Shown here: one piece after another, positions 48,881 through 59,200 of the stretch
Numbering within the stretch: the stretch's first letter is position 1
Layout of the letters: each line of letters opens with the position of its first letter
DNA from: an uncultured Elusimicrobia bacterium
GTDB lineage: Bacteria > Elusimicrobiota > Elusimicrobia > 2-01-FULL-59-12
Direction of reading: 5' to 3'
NCBI GenBank assembly: GCA_963702895.1
Contig: OY969767.1
Span: 2,272,001 to 2,336,000, forward strand
DNA length: 64,000 nucleotides
Notes under the pieces: model-generated
Told to the model about the DNA's origin: nothing
Databases searched by the model: none
The model's input: only the letters and a program-made list of their open reading frames with translations
Translations under genes and position numbers: made by a program

Positions 48881-51845
48881 GGCGCGCCTCCTTGGTCTTG
48901 TCCTTGGCGACATACTTCTGATAGAGAAACGAAACAAGCATGAGGATGACCGCCAGCCCCACAAAGGAAGCCACACGAAAGAGCTGCCCCAGCCGCCAGA
49001 GGTCGTGCAAGAAGACCTTCACGATCGTGAGGGTGAGCAAGCCCAGGCTGGCGTAGCGCGCCCCCTTGGAGGCCTCGCGAATACCCACCAAGAGCAGGCC
49101 AATCGCAAACATCGCCCAAGCCAGGGAGTAGGTGAGATCCTGGCCAAAACTGCTGGAGAAGTTAAAGGTGATCGTCGCTCCGGTGCTGAAGTAATCAGCG
49201 ATCTCAATGTTCAGCAAGAGGAAGAGCAAGATCGCCCCAAGGCTCTTGAGGAAGGGCGGCATGTCCGTGTTCATGAACATGTTTTTCGGAGATCTTAACC
49301 AAAACGCCGCGGCAAAGTAGCACAGCGCCGACACACCGTACACCCACAAATACCAATTGAGGAGCGGCGTGTCCGTGCGCGGGTGGTAGGAGAAGACCGC
49401 CGGGTTGATCGCCAGGCGGACGAAGGCGATGGTCAACAGTCCGACGGCCCATCCTTTAAGTCCTTCATGGGGTACTCGCTGGAACAACCACAGGAGCGCC
49501 GCTCCTTCCAGCGCCAACCCCAAGGTCAGCCATTCTTTATCGAACTGTATGGGCAGAATCAGCGTGATAAAGAAGAGGGCGACACCTCCGAACCAGGCAA
49601 GCAACGAGGTGCGCCGGGTGTCTGAGACCGGCACGGTCTGCACAATCAGGTAAAGCTGCAGCAGGCAGACCGCAGCAAACATAGCAGGGACTGTCCCGAT
49701 CGATCCTTTCCCCATGGCCTGGGTGGTGGCGTTATACACCAGCCAGAAATGGACCGGTCCCGAGAGGGCGGAAGCGATCCAGGGGAATGTCCCCCGGAGC
49801 CGTTTTTGACAGAGAAATGGGAAAACCGCATATACCCCATAGAAGAACAGATACCAAGCGGCTGCCATAGGCTCCTGCGGATGAAAGCTCTGCCGATGCC
49901 AGACGTATTCCACCAAGGCCGTGGAAAACAGTGCGACGAGCGCCACCGAGTCAACGGCCCGGTAGCGCACCAACCCCAACAAGAGTATTCCTAAAAGCAG
50001 CATCAATCCGAACACAGCGGAAGGATCGGGCATGTTCATTTTGAGACAGACCATGGCCAGCAGCGCAAACGGCATGAGTGCCGAAAAAACCGGCAATTGG
50101 GCGGCTTGTTCCGGGGGGATTCCACACGCCAGGGAGACTTTGGCGTTTCCTGGGAAGAGCGAAGCTCTCCTTGTCACGAGAAGACTCCACGCGAAGAAGG
50201 CGCAGGCAAAAAAAGCTAAGAGAATGAGAATCCCTGGCAAGCCAGCTGCGTCCGGCAGGCGAAAGAGCCAAACACCGAAACTGGCCATGACAAGTGCCAG
50301 GGTGGCCCCAGCCGCGAGGATCGACCCAGCGAGCCATGCCACCGCGACAGCGAGCATTCCGATCAGGAAGACCACCGGCCACATGACAAAGGAAAGGATG
50401 TCGCAGAACACCATCGCAAAGAGAATCAGAAGCAACATCAGGATCGGCGCCATATACCCCCATTGAAATGGGGAGGCAGAGGGTTTGATCCGTTGCAGCA
50501 AGATCGGCAGCGCGGCGTGAACGACAGCAAAGGCCATGTAATACCCCAACCCCCAATACAAGAGATCAGACTTCAAGTGCGCCGTGGTCCAGATCATGAG
50601 CAAGACAAAGGCAACCAGCCCTCCCACCACATACGCCGGTCGCATTTCGTCAAAACGGACCGCGACATAGGCCAAGAGCAGGCTCAAGACAAGCAGTAAT
50701 GTCAGAACCAGACCGGGACGCATCGCCAACGCCTGAAAGGTGAGCATGTATCCCACAAATCCCATCGATGCGAGCGGCAGGACCGCGCCGGGAGCGATAA
50801 AAGCCTGGCCTTTCGCCTGTTTCGAAGAGGCCCACTCGGAGGCGATCAGATAGAGGAGAGAGTTCGCCAGATAGATACCAAAGGCGATCTCGGCTTTAGC
50901 GGGAATGAAAAATTTGCCAGTCCAGCCGATCTCCATGAGGAAAGTCGCCGCGGCGGAGAGGCCCACCAGGAAGCCCCAACGTTTTTTCACGGCCACCGCG
51001 ATCAAGCCGGCGTCCAGAAGCGCGATATAGGAAAAGAGCGTAATCGGGTGATCGACCCCGGTCGACAGCAAGATCGGCGTGAGAAACCCGCCCACAAGCC
51101 CCAAGACCGCCACGTAGCGGGAGTCTAATCGCACGGCCAGAAAGAAGGACGCCACCGTAACGAGAATCATCAGTGGGAAGGCCGCTTCCGGGCTCAAGAA
51201 GTTATAGAACGACCGGCATGCGAAGAGATCGGCATAAAGGATCGAGATGCCCGCCGCACAAAGTGTTTGGACCGTCACCGCATACCCTTTGGGACGCAAG
51301 CCCAGACCAGCGATGATCACACCGATGCCTACCGCAAAACCCATCATCACCCGCATCAAGGGACTGATCAGGTTGTGGTCAATCGAATATTTGACAAAAA
51401 AGGCCATTCCCAGAAAGAGCGCGAAGCCGCCTAACCAAGCGAAAAGTTTCACACCCATAAAGCTTTCCCAATCGATCGCAGGCTTCATGAACGAAGGGTG
51501 GGCCGGCTGAGATCGCACGACAGCCCCTGGCAATGAAAACTTTTTAGGTTGTTCAGGAAAATCGCTCAAGACAGGGAAGACCGGCTTGGACTGGGCAGCA
51601 GGCTCAACCGGAGGAGGAGGCTGAACAGGACCCGTCGGAGTCAACTCAGAAGCAATGCCTGGGCTTTTGGGAGTTTCTTCCAGAAAACCTGGTAGTTGGT
51701 TGACGATCTTGACATGGAGCCGGCGGAGATTTTCTTCGAGCTCTTTGAGGCGGGTACGCATCAGCTTCACGTCCACACTCATGTCCTGGGTCTTAATCAC
51801 CAAATAGATGACGCCGCAAAGAAGAATGAAAACGATAAATCCCAT
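48873..51845 (-). CDS. DUF2339 family polytopic membrane protein
   Basis: WESFMGVKLFAWLGG..LF.G..FFVKYSI, GL.GGFLTP.LLS, C-terminal K.FL.DL...R..SF..L. Confidence 0.85.
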   Translation of the reverse strand: MGFIVFILLCGVIYLVIKTQDMSVDVKLMRTRLKELEENLRRLHVKIVNQLPGFLEETPKSPGIASELTPTGPVQPPPPVEPAAQSKPVFPVLSDFPEQPKKFSLPGAVVRSQPAHPSFMKPAIDWESFMGVKLFAWLGGFALFLGMAFFVKYSIDHNLISPLMRVMMGFAVGIGVIIAGLGLRPKGYAVTVQTLCAAGISILYADLFACRSFYNFLSPEAAFPLMILVTVASFFLAVRLDSRYVAVLGLVGGFLTPILLSTGVDHPITLFSYIALLDAGLIAVAVKKRWGFLVGLSAAATFLMEIGWTGKFFIPAKAEIAFGIYLANSLLYLIASEWASSKQAKGQAFIAPGAVLPLASMGFVGYMLTFQALAMRPGLVLTLLLVLSLLLAYVAVRFDEMRPAYVVGGLVAFVLLMIWTTAHLKSDLLYWGLGYYMAFAVVHAALPILLQRIKPSASPFQWGYMAPILMLLLILFAMVFCDILSFVMWPVVFLIGMLAVAVAWLAGSILAAGATLALVMASFGVWLFRLPDAAGLPGILILLAFFACAFFAWSLLVTRRASLFPGNAKVSLACGIPPEQAAQLPVFSALMPFALLAMVCLKMNMPDPSAVFGLMLLLGILLLGLVRYRAVDSVALVALFSTALVEYVWHRQSFHPQEPMAAAWYLFFYGVYAVFPFLCQKRLRGTFPWIASALSGPVHFWLVYNATTQAMGKGSIGTVPAMFAAVCLLQLYLIVQTVPVSDTRRTSLLAWFGGVALFFITLILPIQFDKEWLTLGLALEGAALLWLFQRVPHEGLKGWAVGLLTIAFVRLAINPAVFSYHPRTDTPLLNWYLWVYGVSALCYFAAAFWLRSPKNMFMNTDMPPFLKSLGAILLFLLLNIEIADYFSTGATITFNFSSSFGQDLTYSLAWAMFAIGLLLVGIREASKGARYASLGLLTLTIVKVFLHDLWRLGQLFRVASFVGLAVILMLVSFLYQKYVAKDKTKEARRD

Positions 51846-51860
51846 GAGAAAGCTCCTCCT

Positions 51861-52451
51861 TTAGTTTGCCCTTCTCAGCATCGTCCAGATCATCTCCGAC
51901 ACCAAAGCTACAGAGTTTTGCAGGTTTTCCGTGATCGCGCCATACATTTTGACGACGGCGACCCGGATGACGCCCCCGACAAAAAGCGATCCCAACACAT
52001 AGGGGTCTCCCGAACGAATTTCCCCGCTCTTTTGTCCCTCTTTGACAATGCGCAGCACCACGTGACCCGGGTGAATATAGGCTTCCGCGAACTTCTCGAG
52101 CTCGCTGTGCTCGCGCAGAATAAGGTAAGTGTAGAGCTCAGGGTCAGACTCGAAAGCGGAAAAAGACTCGGATACAAAGGCCCGGATGCGCTTTTCGGCC
52201 CCCTCCTCCGCAAACACTTTGGCTTCGAGCTCTTTTGTAAAAGCATCCAGGTGGGTGCTGAAGAGGCTCCAGGCCAACTCGTCCTTGCTCTTGAAGTGAC
52301 GGTAGAGCGCTCCTTCCGCGACTCCAGCCTCCCGGGCAATATCTTTAATGGTTGTTCCATCAATGCCCTTCTTCACAAACAGCTTAATCGCTGCCCGCAT
52401 GACCATGGGCAGCTTTGTAGTTTCCTTGTTCTTTTCAATTATGAAATTCAT
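51861..52451 (-). CDS. TetR/AcrR family transcriptional regulator
   Basis: AAIKLF.KKG..GTTIKDIAREAGVAEGALYRHFKSKDEL HTH. Confidence 0.95.
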   Translation of the reverse strand: MNFIIEKNKETTKLPMVMRAAIKLFVKKGIDGTTIKDIAREAGVAEGALYRHFKSKDELAWSLFSTHLDAFTKELEAKVFAEEGAEKRIRAFVSESFSAFESDPELYTYLILREHSELEKFAEAYIHPGHVVLRIVKEGQKSGEIRSGDPYVLGSLFVGGVIRVAVVKMYGAITENLQNSVALVSEMIWTMLRRAN

Positions 52452-52497
52452 GTGAGTGAGTATTCACATATATAACAGACCATCGAAGATTTGTCAA
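52450..52497 (-). promoter_or_regulatory. Promoter plus candidate TetR operator
   Basis: TTGACA-17 bp-TATATA; imperfect palindrome ATGTGAGT-gagt-ATTCACAT at 52450-52469. Confidence 0.6.
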
Positions 52498-52544
52498 ATT
52501 AATTTTTGGTTAATTACTATTTATGTCTATATTTAGATTTGATT

Positions 52545-52943
52545 TTATCCGCGGCGTAGGGTGCGGACAGGTTGCGTGTTTCGAATGGTGAGATGTTGGG
52601 TGTTGCCAGGGCAACTGAGCTCCGAGCTGGCACAACTGTATTGGCGGGAACCGATGCCCTGTGGGATATTGATGCAGCATACGGATGGGTGACTAAAAAA
52701 TCCGGATTTACATTCTTGATTGCCACACCAGAAGGACGGGCATTTTTGTCCAGCGGGAACACACTCCCCCTTAATGTAGGGAGGAGCCGAGGTATGGTCC
52801 CCCGTAAACGTCGCGATCGCATGCTCACAGCAGAGCTCTTGGTCCAGGCACGTCAGCCCCTCATCTCCGCAGGGAGCATCGGCCATCGCGCCGAGGGGCA
52901 CGAGAAGCAAAGCCAGTCCAAGCGAGAATGCCAACGGTTTCAT
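52545..52943 (-). CDS. Small secreted cysteine-rich protein (12 Cys)
   Basis: Signal peptide ending AMA; two 6-Cys modules. Confidence 0.75.
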   Translation of the reverse strand: MKPLAFSLGLALLLVPLGAMADAPCGDEGLTCLDQELCCEHAIATFTGDHTSAPPYIKGECVPAGQKCPSFWCGNQECKSGFFSHPSVCCINIPQGIGSRQYSCASSELSCPGNTQHLTIRNTQPVRTLRRG

Positions 52944-53189
52944 GACACCCCAGAACTACACCAGGAAGAGTCGAAAAGCAATGGAAAAATTGAGGGACCA
53001 GAATCAGAACACGAAGAGGAGTGAGCTAGCAAAATAGGTCTATTATTATACACGTTTTGTTTTCCGTGCTCTTTTCTCGTTCCTCTGCCCTCTCTCTCCT
53101 GAGTTCATGGTTCGTCGTCTTTCGATCGACGCTGCTCAGCGCTCAGGTCCTTCTGGCGACGGCGGACAGGTCCGCTTTAGCAACCCAAT

Positions 53190-55049
53190 TTACTCGTCAT
53201 CCTTCGAACGTCGATGGTCAGCGGTTAAGTCTTTTTTGCGGAGGCGGATGCTTTTGGGGGTAACCTCCACGAGCTCGTCATCAGCGATGAACTCGATGGC
53301 CTGCTCGAGTGAGAGGACCCGCGGCGGGGCAAGGAGAATCAAATCATCGGAGCCCGTCGCGCGCATGTTGGAGAGCTTCTTGGCCTTGCAGGGGTTGACG
53401 ACCGTGTCATTATCGCGGGAATGCTCTCCAATAATCATCCCCTGGTACACAGAAACGCCCGCTCCCAGGAAGAGCACACCTCGTTCCTGGAGGTTGTCGA
53501 GCGCGTAGGCGGTTGTGTCACCCGGTTCCTTGGCCACCATCACACCGTTTAAGCGCTTGGCCACCGAAGCGACTTTGGGAATGTAGCCGTGAAAGCTGTG
53601 GTGCATGATGCCCGTGCCGCGCGTGCGCGTGAGGAGCTCGTTCTTAAATCCAATGAGCGCGCGCGCGGTGATGATGTACTCGAGGCGCAGCCGGTCTTCC
53701 CCCTCCACCACCATGTTTTTCATTTCCGCGCCGCGGCGTCCGAGGCTCTCCAAAACCGCCCCTTGATAGTCTTTTTGCACATCCACAATCAAATACTCCG
53801 CCGGCTCAAGGGTTTTGCCGCCCTCTTCTTTGTAAATCACCTGCGGCCGTGAAACAGAAAGTTCAAAGCCCTCGCGCCGCATGGTCTCAATCAAGATGGC
53901 CAGATGAAGCTCTCCCCGCCCAGACACCTTAAACACGCCGGTATTGCCCATTTCTTCGATCAGAAGCCCGACATTGGTTTCCCTTTCGCGCTCCAGACGA
54001 TCCCGGAGCTGCCGGGAGGTGAGAAAGATTCCCCCGTCTTTTCCGGCAAAGGGACTGTCATTGACCAAAAAGTCCATCGAAAGCGTCGGTTCGTCGACGG
54101 TCAGCGGGGGCAGCGCAACGGGATGGGCCATGTCCGCAAAGGTGAGCCCCACCGTCACTTCGGAGCAGCCCGCAATGGCCACAATGTCGCCGGCCTGGGC
54201 CGAGTCGACGTCCTGCCGGCTAAGACCCACAAAGCCTTGGAGTTGTGTCACACGGAACGGGACATTCCCCTCCGGTCGTACGAGAACCACAGCTTGCCCT
54301 TTCGAGATTTTGCCATTCGAGATACGGCCAATCCCGATGCGCCCGACGAAATCATTGTAGTCGAGCATCGTAATCAGCATCTGCAGCGGCGCTTCTGCGT
54401 GCGCGAGCGGCGCCGGTACGTGTTTGACGATCGTCTCAAACAACGGCTCCATGCTCATCGTCCGACGTGCGACGTCCGACGTCGGGCCTCGGACCTCGGA
54501 CGGTTTGTAGTCGAGGGTCGCCCACCCTTCGCGTCCCGAAGCGTAGAGGATCGGGAAGTCCAACTGGGGGTCTGAAGCGCCCAGGTTGACGAAAAGATCA
54601 AAGGTGTGGTTCAAGGCCTGCTCCGGCACCGCCGCGGGGACGTCCACTTTGTTGATCACCACAATCGGGCAAAGCCCGAGATCGAGCGACTTCTTGAGCA
54701 CGAAACGGGTCTGCGGCATCGGGCCGTCTTTGGCGTCCACCAGCAGCAGGACGCCGTCGACCATCTTCAAGATGCGTTCGACTTCGCTGCCGAAGTCGGC
54801 GTGGCCCGGGGTGTCCACGATATTGATCGTGATGCCTTGATAAGGGACCGAGGTGCACTTCGCCAGGATCGTAATGCCGCGCTCGCGCTCCAGAGGATTG
54901 GAGTCGAGGACTGTCTCTTGGGCCTCGTCCGCCTTCACCTTGAACTCGCCCGTTTGCTGCAAAAGGGCGTCGACTAAGGTGGTCTTCCCGTGGTCGACAT
55001 GCGCAATGATGGCGATATTTCGGACGTTTTGACGGCGTTGTTCGGTCAT
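53190..55049 (-). CDS. typA: Translational GTPase TypA/BipA
   Basis: AHVDHGKTT, ERGITILAK, DTPGHADF, GRGELHL.ILIE.MRREG, EVTPKSIRLRK. Confidence 0.98.
   Translation of the reverse strand: MTEQRRQNVRNIAIIAHVDHGKTTLVDALLQQTGEFKVKADEAQETVLDSNPLERERGITILAKCTSVPYQGITINIVDTPGHADFGSEVERILKMVDGVLLLVDAKDGPMPQTRFVLKKSLDLGLCPIVVINKVDVPAAVPEQALNHTFDLFVNLGASDPQLDFPILYASGREGWATLDYKPSEVRGPTSDVARRTMSMEPLFETIVKHVPAPLAHAEAPLQMLITMLDYNDFVGRIGIGRISNGKISKGQAVVLVRPEGNVPFRVTQLQGFVGLSRQDVDSAQAGDIVAIAGCSEVTVGLTFADMAHPVALPPLTVDEPTLSMDFLVNDSPFAGKDGGIFLTSRQLRDRLERERETNVGLLIEEMGNTGVFKVSGRGELHLAILIETMRREGFELSVSRPQVIYKEEGGKTLEPAEYLIVDVQKDYQGAVLESLGRRGAEMKNMVVEGEDRLRLEYIITARALIGFKNELLTRTRGTGIMHHSFHGYIPKVASVAKRLNGVMVAKEPGDTTAYALDNLQERGVLFLGAGVSVYQGMIIGEHSRDNDTVVNPCKAKKLSNMRATGSDDLILLAPPRVLSLEQAIEFIADDELVEVTPKSIRLRKKDLTADHRRSKDDE
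54460..54503. repeat. Inverted heptamer array in-frame in typA G-domain
   Basis: Encodes PSEVRGPTSDVARRT; shares 27 nt with the intergenic copy at 34798. Confidence 0.82.
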
Positions 55050-55083
55050 AAGGAGGTGGGATTATAGATGATTTCTACAACAT

Positions 55084-55170
55084 GGGGACGTTCCATCACA
55101 AACGTCACAAACTCTAGAGAGCCAAGAACAAGACGTCGGGAGTTTGTGACGTTTGTGATGGAACGTCCCC
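55084..55170. repeat. Palindrome, GGGGACGTTCC family
   Basis: Near-identical to 25941-26026, including the GCCAAGAACAAGACGT loop. Confidence 0.92.
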
Positions 55171-55175
55171 AAGCC

Positions 55176-56276
55176 TTATAACGCGAGGAGTTGTTCGAGG
55201 GCGGAGCTGTCAGCGTCCTTGGGAGCCGAGGGGTTGTCATCCATGCCCGCCGCGGCCGAGGCTTGCTTCATTTGCGCGTGACCAGGCACATCGAGATTTT
55301 CTCCGACAGGTCCAAACTTCACATGCAAGCTAAAGCGGTAAGCGTTGCCGAGTTCGCCGAAGGGAACCCAGGCAAAATCGATGATGCCCCGACCGAGGGA
55401 CAGACCCGATCCGATCGAAAGACCTTTCAATCCATCCACGTCGCTATCGGTCCGATATCCCGCTCGCACCGCATAGCCGAGATCGCTCGTCACCCGCCCG
55501 CGATATTCGGTTCCGAAAGCCGCTCCGATCTCGTGATCCCGCGGCATGATCAAGTCACTCGACACGAGCATCTTCCGTTCAAGCAGCGGCGCGCTCGCGC
55601 CGAGACGGTAGGTGAGCGGAAGGGGGTCGGACTCATCGATGAATTTCACCTTCGAACCCAGGTTTTGGAACGAAGCTCCCAGGCGAACATCGTGCCAGTC
55701 CGTGAGGTAGAGCAAGCCACCGTCAGCTGCAAAGGCATCGGCCTTGACCGAATCGAGCGTCTGCCGGATGTATTTGGCGCTCGCACCGAGGGAGAACCGC
55801 GAGGTCAGGCTCTTGCCATAGCTCAGACCATAAGCGCTGTCCGAAGCACTGAAGTCGCCGATGGGAGCGTCTGTGTCCTCGGTTCTTCGCTCCAGGTCGC
55901 TCATGTGCAAATTGGTGATGGCCACGGCCCAGGTGCCGTGAGAAGTGGTCGGCACGGCAAAAGCCGCAAACTCGTAGGCCATGTTTTGGAAATACTGCAT
56001 ATGCATGCCCGTGATTTCTGAATGCTTGAGCAGACCAAGTCCCGCCGGGTTCCAATAGAGGGCGTGAATGTCATCGGCGACACCCGTAAAGGCCTCGCCC
56101 ATGCCGACCGGACGCGCGCCGGGGGCAATCTTGAGGAAGGCGGCGCCGGAGGTCCCCGCATTGTCCTTGCCGAACGCAGCAACGGCTGACGGCGAAAATA
56201 GAGAATAGAAAATAGTTAGAGCCATCAAGACTCTATTGTCTATTCTCCATTTTCGCTGTTGGCCGTAACCGGTCAT
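55176..56276 (-). CDS. PorV/PorQ (UPF0164)-like outer-membrane beta-barrel protein
   Basis: AAFLKIAPGARPVGMGEAFTGVADD...YWNPAGL N-terminal motif, alternating beta-strands, DFAWVPFGELG; ATGA overlap with upstream gene. Confidence 0.85.
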   Translation of the reverse strand: MTGYGQQRKWRIDNRVLMALTIFYSLFSPSAVAAFGKDNAGTSGAAFLKIAPGARPVGMGEAFTGVADDIHALYWNPAGLGLLKHSEITGMHMQYFQNMAYEFAAFAVPTTSHGTWAVAITNLHMSDLERRTEDTDAPIGDFSASDSAYGLSYGKSLTSRFSLGASAKYIRQTLDSVKADAFAADGGLLYLTDWHDVRLGASFQNLGSKVKFIDESDPLPLTYRLGASAPLLERKMLVSSDLIMPRDHEIGAAFGTEYRGRVTSDLGYAVRAGYRTDSDVDGLKGLSIGSGLSLGRGIIDFAWVPFGELGNAYRFSLHVKFGPVGENLDVPGHAQMKQASAAAGMDDNPSAPKDADSSALEQLLAL

Positions 56277-59200
56277 TTGATCACCGCCATCTTCCATGTC
56301 TTTTTGTGGTCGCCCACTTTGAGCAGCCCGACATAGACGCCCGACGCCACGTTGTTGCCGGAATCGTTTTTCCCGTCCCAAGCCACATAGTGATAGATGT
56401 CTTCGGAGGCGTTGCCCAAGTCAATCGAGCGGACCTTCTCGCCGACGACGTTAAAGATGTCGAGATGTGCGCGCCCCCCTTTGCCCGCCGGAAGGAGGTA
56501 ACGGACGATGGTGCCGGTTGTGTCCATCGTGCTCGTCGAGCCGCCGTGATTGAGCGTCTTGGTCTTCGCGGTCAGATCAAAGGGGTTCGGGAAATTGAAG
56601 ACTTTGATATCGGCGGCGGAGCCGCTGTCGCCGTCGGTGATGACCACGGGGAGGCTGTTTTGAAGAACGACAAAGGTGGAAAAGTGGCTGACGTTCACTG
56701 TGATCGTGCGGTTGACGGCATCGATGGTACGGTTGGCGTTCTCGATCAGATACTTGGAGCCATCAAAATAGTAGATGTTGATCGCGCTCGGGTCCGCTCC
56801 TGTGTCGTATTGAAGCGTGAGCGTCGCCGACTGGTTGAGCGTGTGGGAGAGCCCCGCCGGCAAGAGCACGCTGTAGAACGAGCTCAAGGGGTTGATCGTG
56901 GCTGAGGCATGCGCCGCTTTCATGGCTTGATAGGCCTCGGGGACATAAGCCGCTTCGCCGCGGGCGAGCTGGACCCCGAGCGCCGCCGCGCGCGCGCCGC
57001 GGCCGGCGCGCATGCCCGGCGCCTGCGCGGGCAAATCGGCGGCATCTTCCGTTGCCGTGAAACTGATGCCATAACTCGCATCGGCGTCGACGGCAGCCCC
57101 CTCCTCATCCAACAAGGCATTGGCCGGCAAATCGACGCCGGAGGGATCACCGGCGGATTCCGCCAGCGTCACTTCGCCGCCCAACACAGGGTTAATATTT
57201 TGTTCCGCGGACGCTCTCTGACCAAAGCGCAGGATGACGGATTTGGTGATCGGAAATTCATTGCCGGTGCTGGGATCGATGTCGACGGCAGAGCCGCTTA
57301 AACGCAGCGTGGCGGTCTGCTCCTCCGCCGGCGGCGTATAGAGAACACTCATGGTGCGGCGGTCGCCCCCGATCGCAAACGAGCTCAAGGCCCCATTGCC
57401 TGCGGTCACCGTGAGGAGGCTCGCCATGTCGTTATCCGCGGGCAGGACATTCCTCAACGCCCGGCTGAGATAGAACGTGGCCTCCACCGCGCTGCCGACC
57501 TTCTTTACCTGGACGTAGGCTGTCGGCGCGGAGGGCTGGTAGGTGAGCGTGAGGTTCTTCTCTTCTGAATCGCTCGAGAAAGCCAGGTTTCTGCCTTCGT
57601 TGGGCGAGGTGATGTTGTCACGATTATCGAAGAGAAGCACCGAGTAGCGCTTCGTGGAATCAAAACCGGAGAACCGGATCGACCGGATGGTCCGCGTGTG
57701 CTCGTCTTTCGAGATCTGGCCGAAGATGATCGTGCCAAGATCGGCCGTGACGGCGACGGCAAATTCAACATCCTCCGAGCTGACGTCCGAGCCGTCTGTT
57801 TTCTGCAATGTGGTGTTGAGGATGGCCCCTACCTGCAGCGTGATGGTGCCGGCGTTGTTGGATCCGGCTTCGATGGTGAAAGCGAATTTATGGGGTTTGT
57901 AGTTGAGCGAGACGACCTGCACGTCATACCGGCCCGGAACGAGGCTCGTGATGGAGAAGCTCCCGTCGAGATTGCTCGCCGCCTGGATGTCGCCCAGGGG
58001 ATTGTCGCCGGCCGTCGGCACACCCTGCTTTTGCAGATAGATCGCCGCCGCAGGATAACCCTGCTCTTTGTCTCCGTCGGGATAACCCAGAGGCCCGCTG
58101 TCCATGGTCAGGACCTGTCCGGAGAGCGACGCGTTGGCCCCCTCCAGCGTGAACGCCACCGTGGGCAGGGGGGTCTGCGTCACGTCGACGGCTTTTTTGA
58201 TGACCTGGCCGTAGGCGGAGGGCGGGGTGGTGTCGCCGATCCAGGGACGCGGGGCGGCGATGATGTCATAGGACTTCAGGTCAGGGTTGATGCCGCTCAG
58301 CGTAAACTGACCCGCCGTGTCCGTAAAGGTTTCGGCCTCGTTAGAGTAGTCGTGTTTGCCTGACGGGCGCGCGCGGACCCGGATGTTCGGCAGAGCGTTG
58401 CCGCTTGTATCCTCGACCGTACCGGTCAGGGAGAGCCCCTGTTTGAGCTCGATCGTGCCGAGGTCCGTCACCTGCCCTTCCGTCACGATGAGCTGCCCTT
58501 TGACATACGACGCCAGGCTCACGCTGCCCTCTCCCACGAAAGCGGCACCGAAGGAATCCTGCCGGAACTGCACATCGTAGGTGCCCGGAACGAGCCCGTC
58601 GATGTGGAACTGGTTGCTGGCGTTGATATCGACATGGAACCCCGTGGAGCTCGTCGACATGGAAGCTTCCTGATAGCCTCCCTCCACCCAGGGATTGGCC
58701 ATCGCCGCGATGCGGAAGTTGTTGGGCAGGACCGTGATGTTATTGGGCGTCACCAGGGTTGAGACCGGCTCCCCGTCGGGAGTTTTCCCGAGGATGGAGA
58801 GTTTCCCAATAATGCGGCTCGCGCGCGCCAGGGTGATGTTCAGAGCGGGGATATCAGCCCCATCAATTTCGAAAGTGGCGGGTTTGGCCGAATACTTGCG
58901 CGTCATCTGCATCAGGCTGGGGTCCCATGTCCCAGGATCACGGATGATCAGGGCGTAATTTCCCGAGGGCAGGTTCTTGAAGAGATAGGCGACGGAGGAC
59001 GCGGGACTGCCCGCGGAGCCAATTTGAAGTGAAGAGGATTGCACATAATCCCCCCGATCCGTGACGATGATGACTTCAAAAGTCCTGTGATCGGTGGCTC
59101 CCCCCGGCAGCGAGATCGTGCCGCCCACGCTGTTGCCCGCCGTCAGGCCGAAGTCGATGTCGGTTTTGTTGCCCGCGGTGATGGTCAGCGTCTGCCGGGT

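Noticed and set aside
52980..53185. Purine-rich/pyrimidine-rich facing tracts (similar at 27700-27810 and 31935-32010)
   Set aside because: Too degenerate to define units or pairing by eye; probably decayed short-period repeats
55050..55060. AAGGAGGTG perfect SD on the plus strand (anti-SD-like on the typA leader)
   Set aside because: No credible plus-strand ORF follows; no 16S context; probably chance
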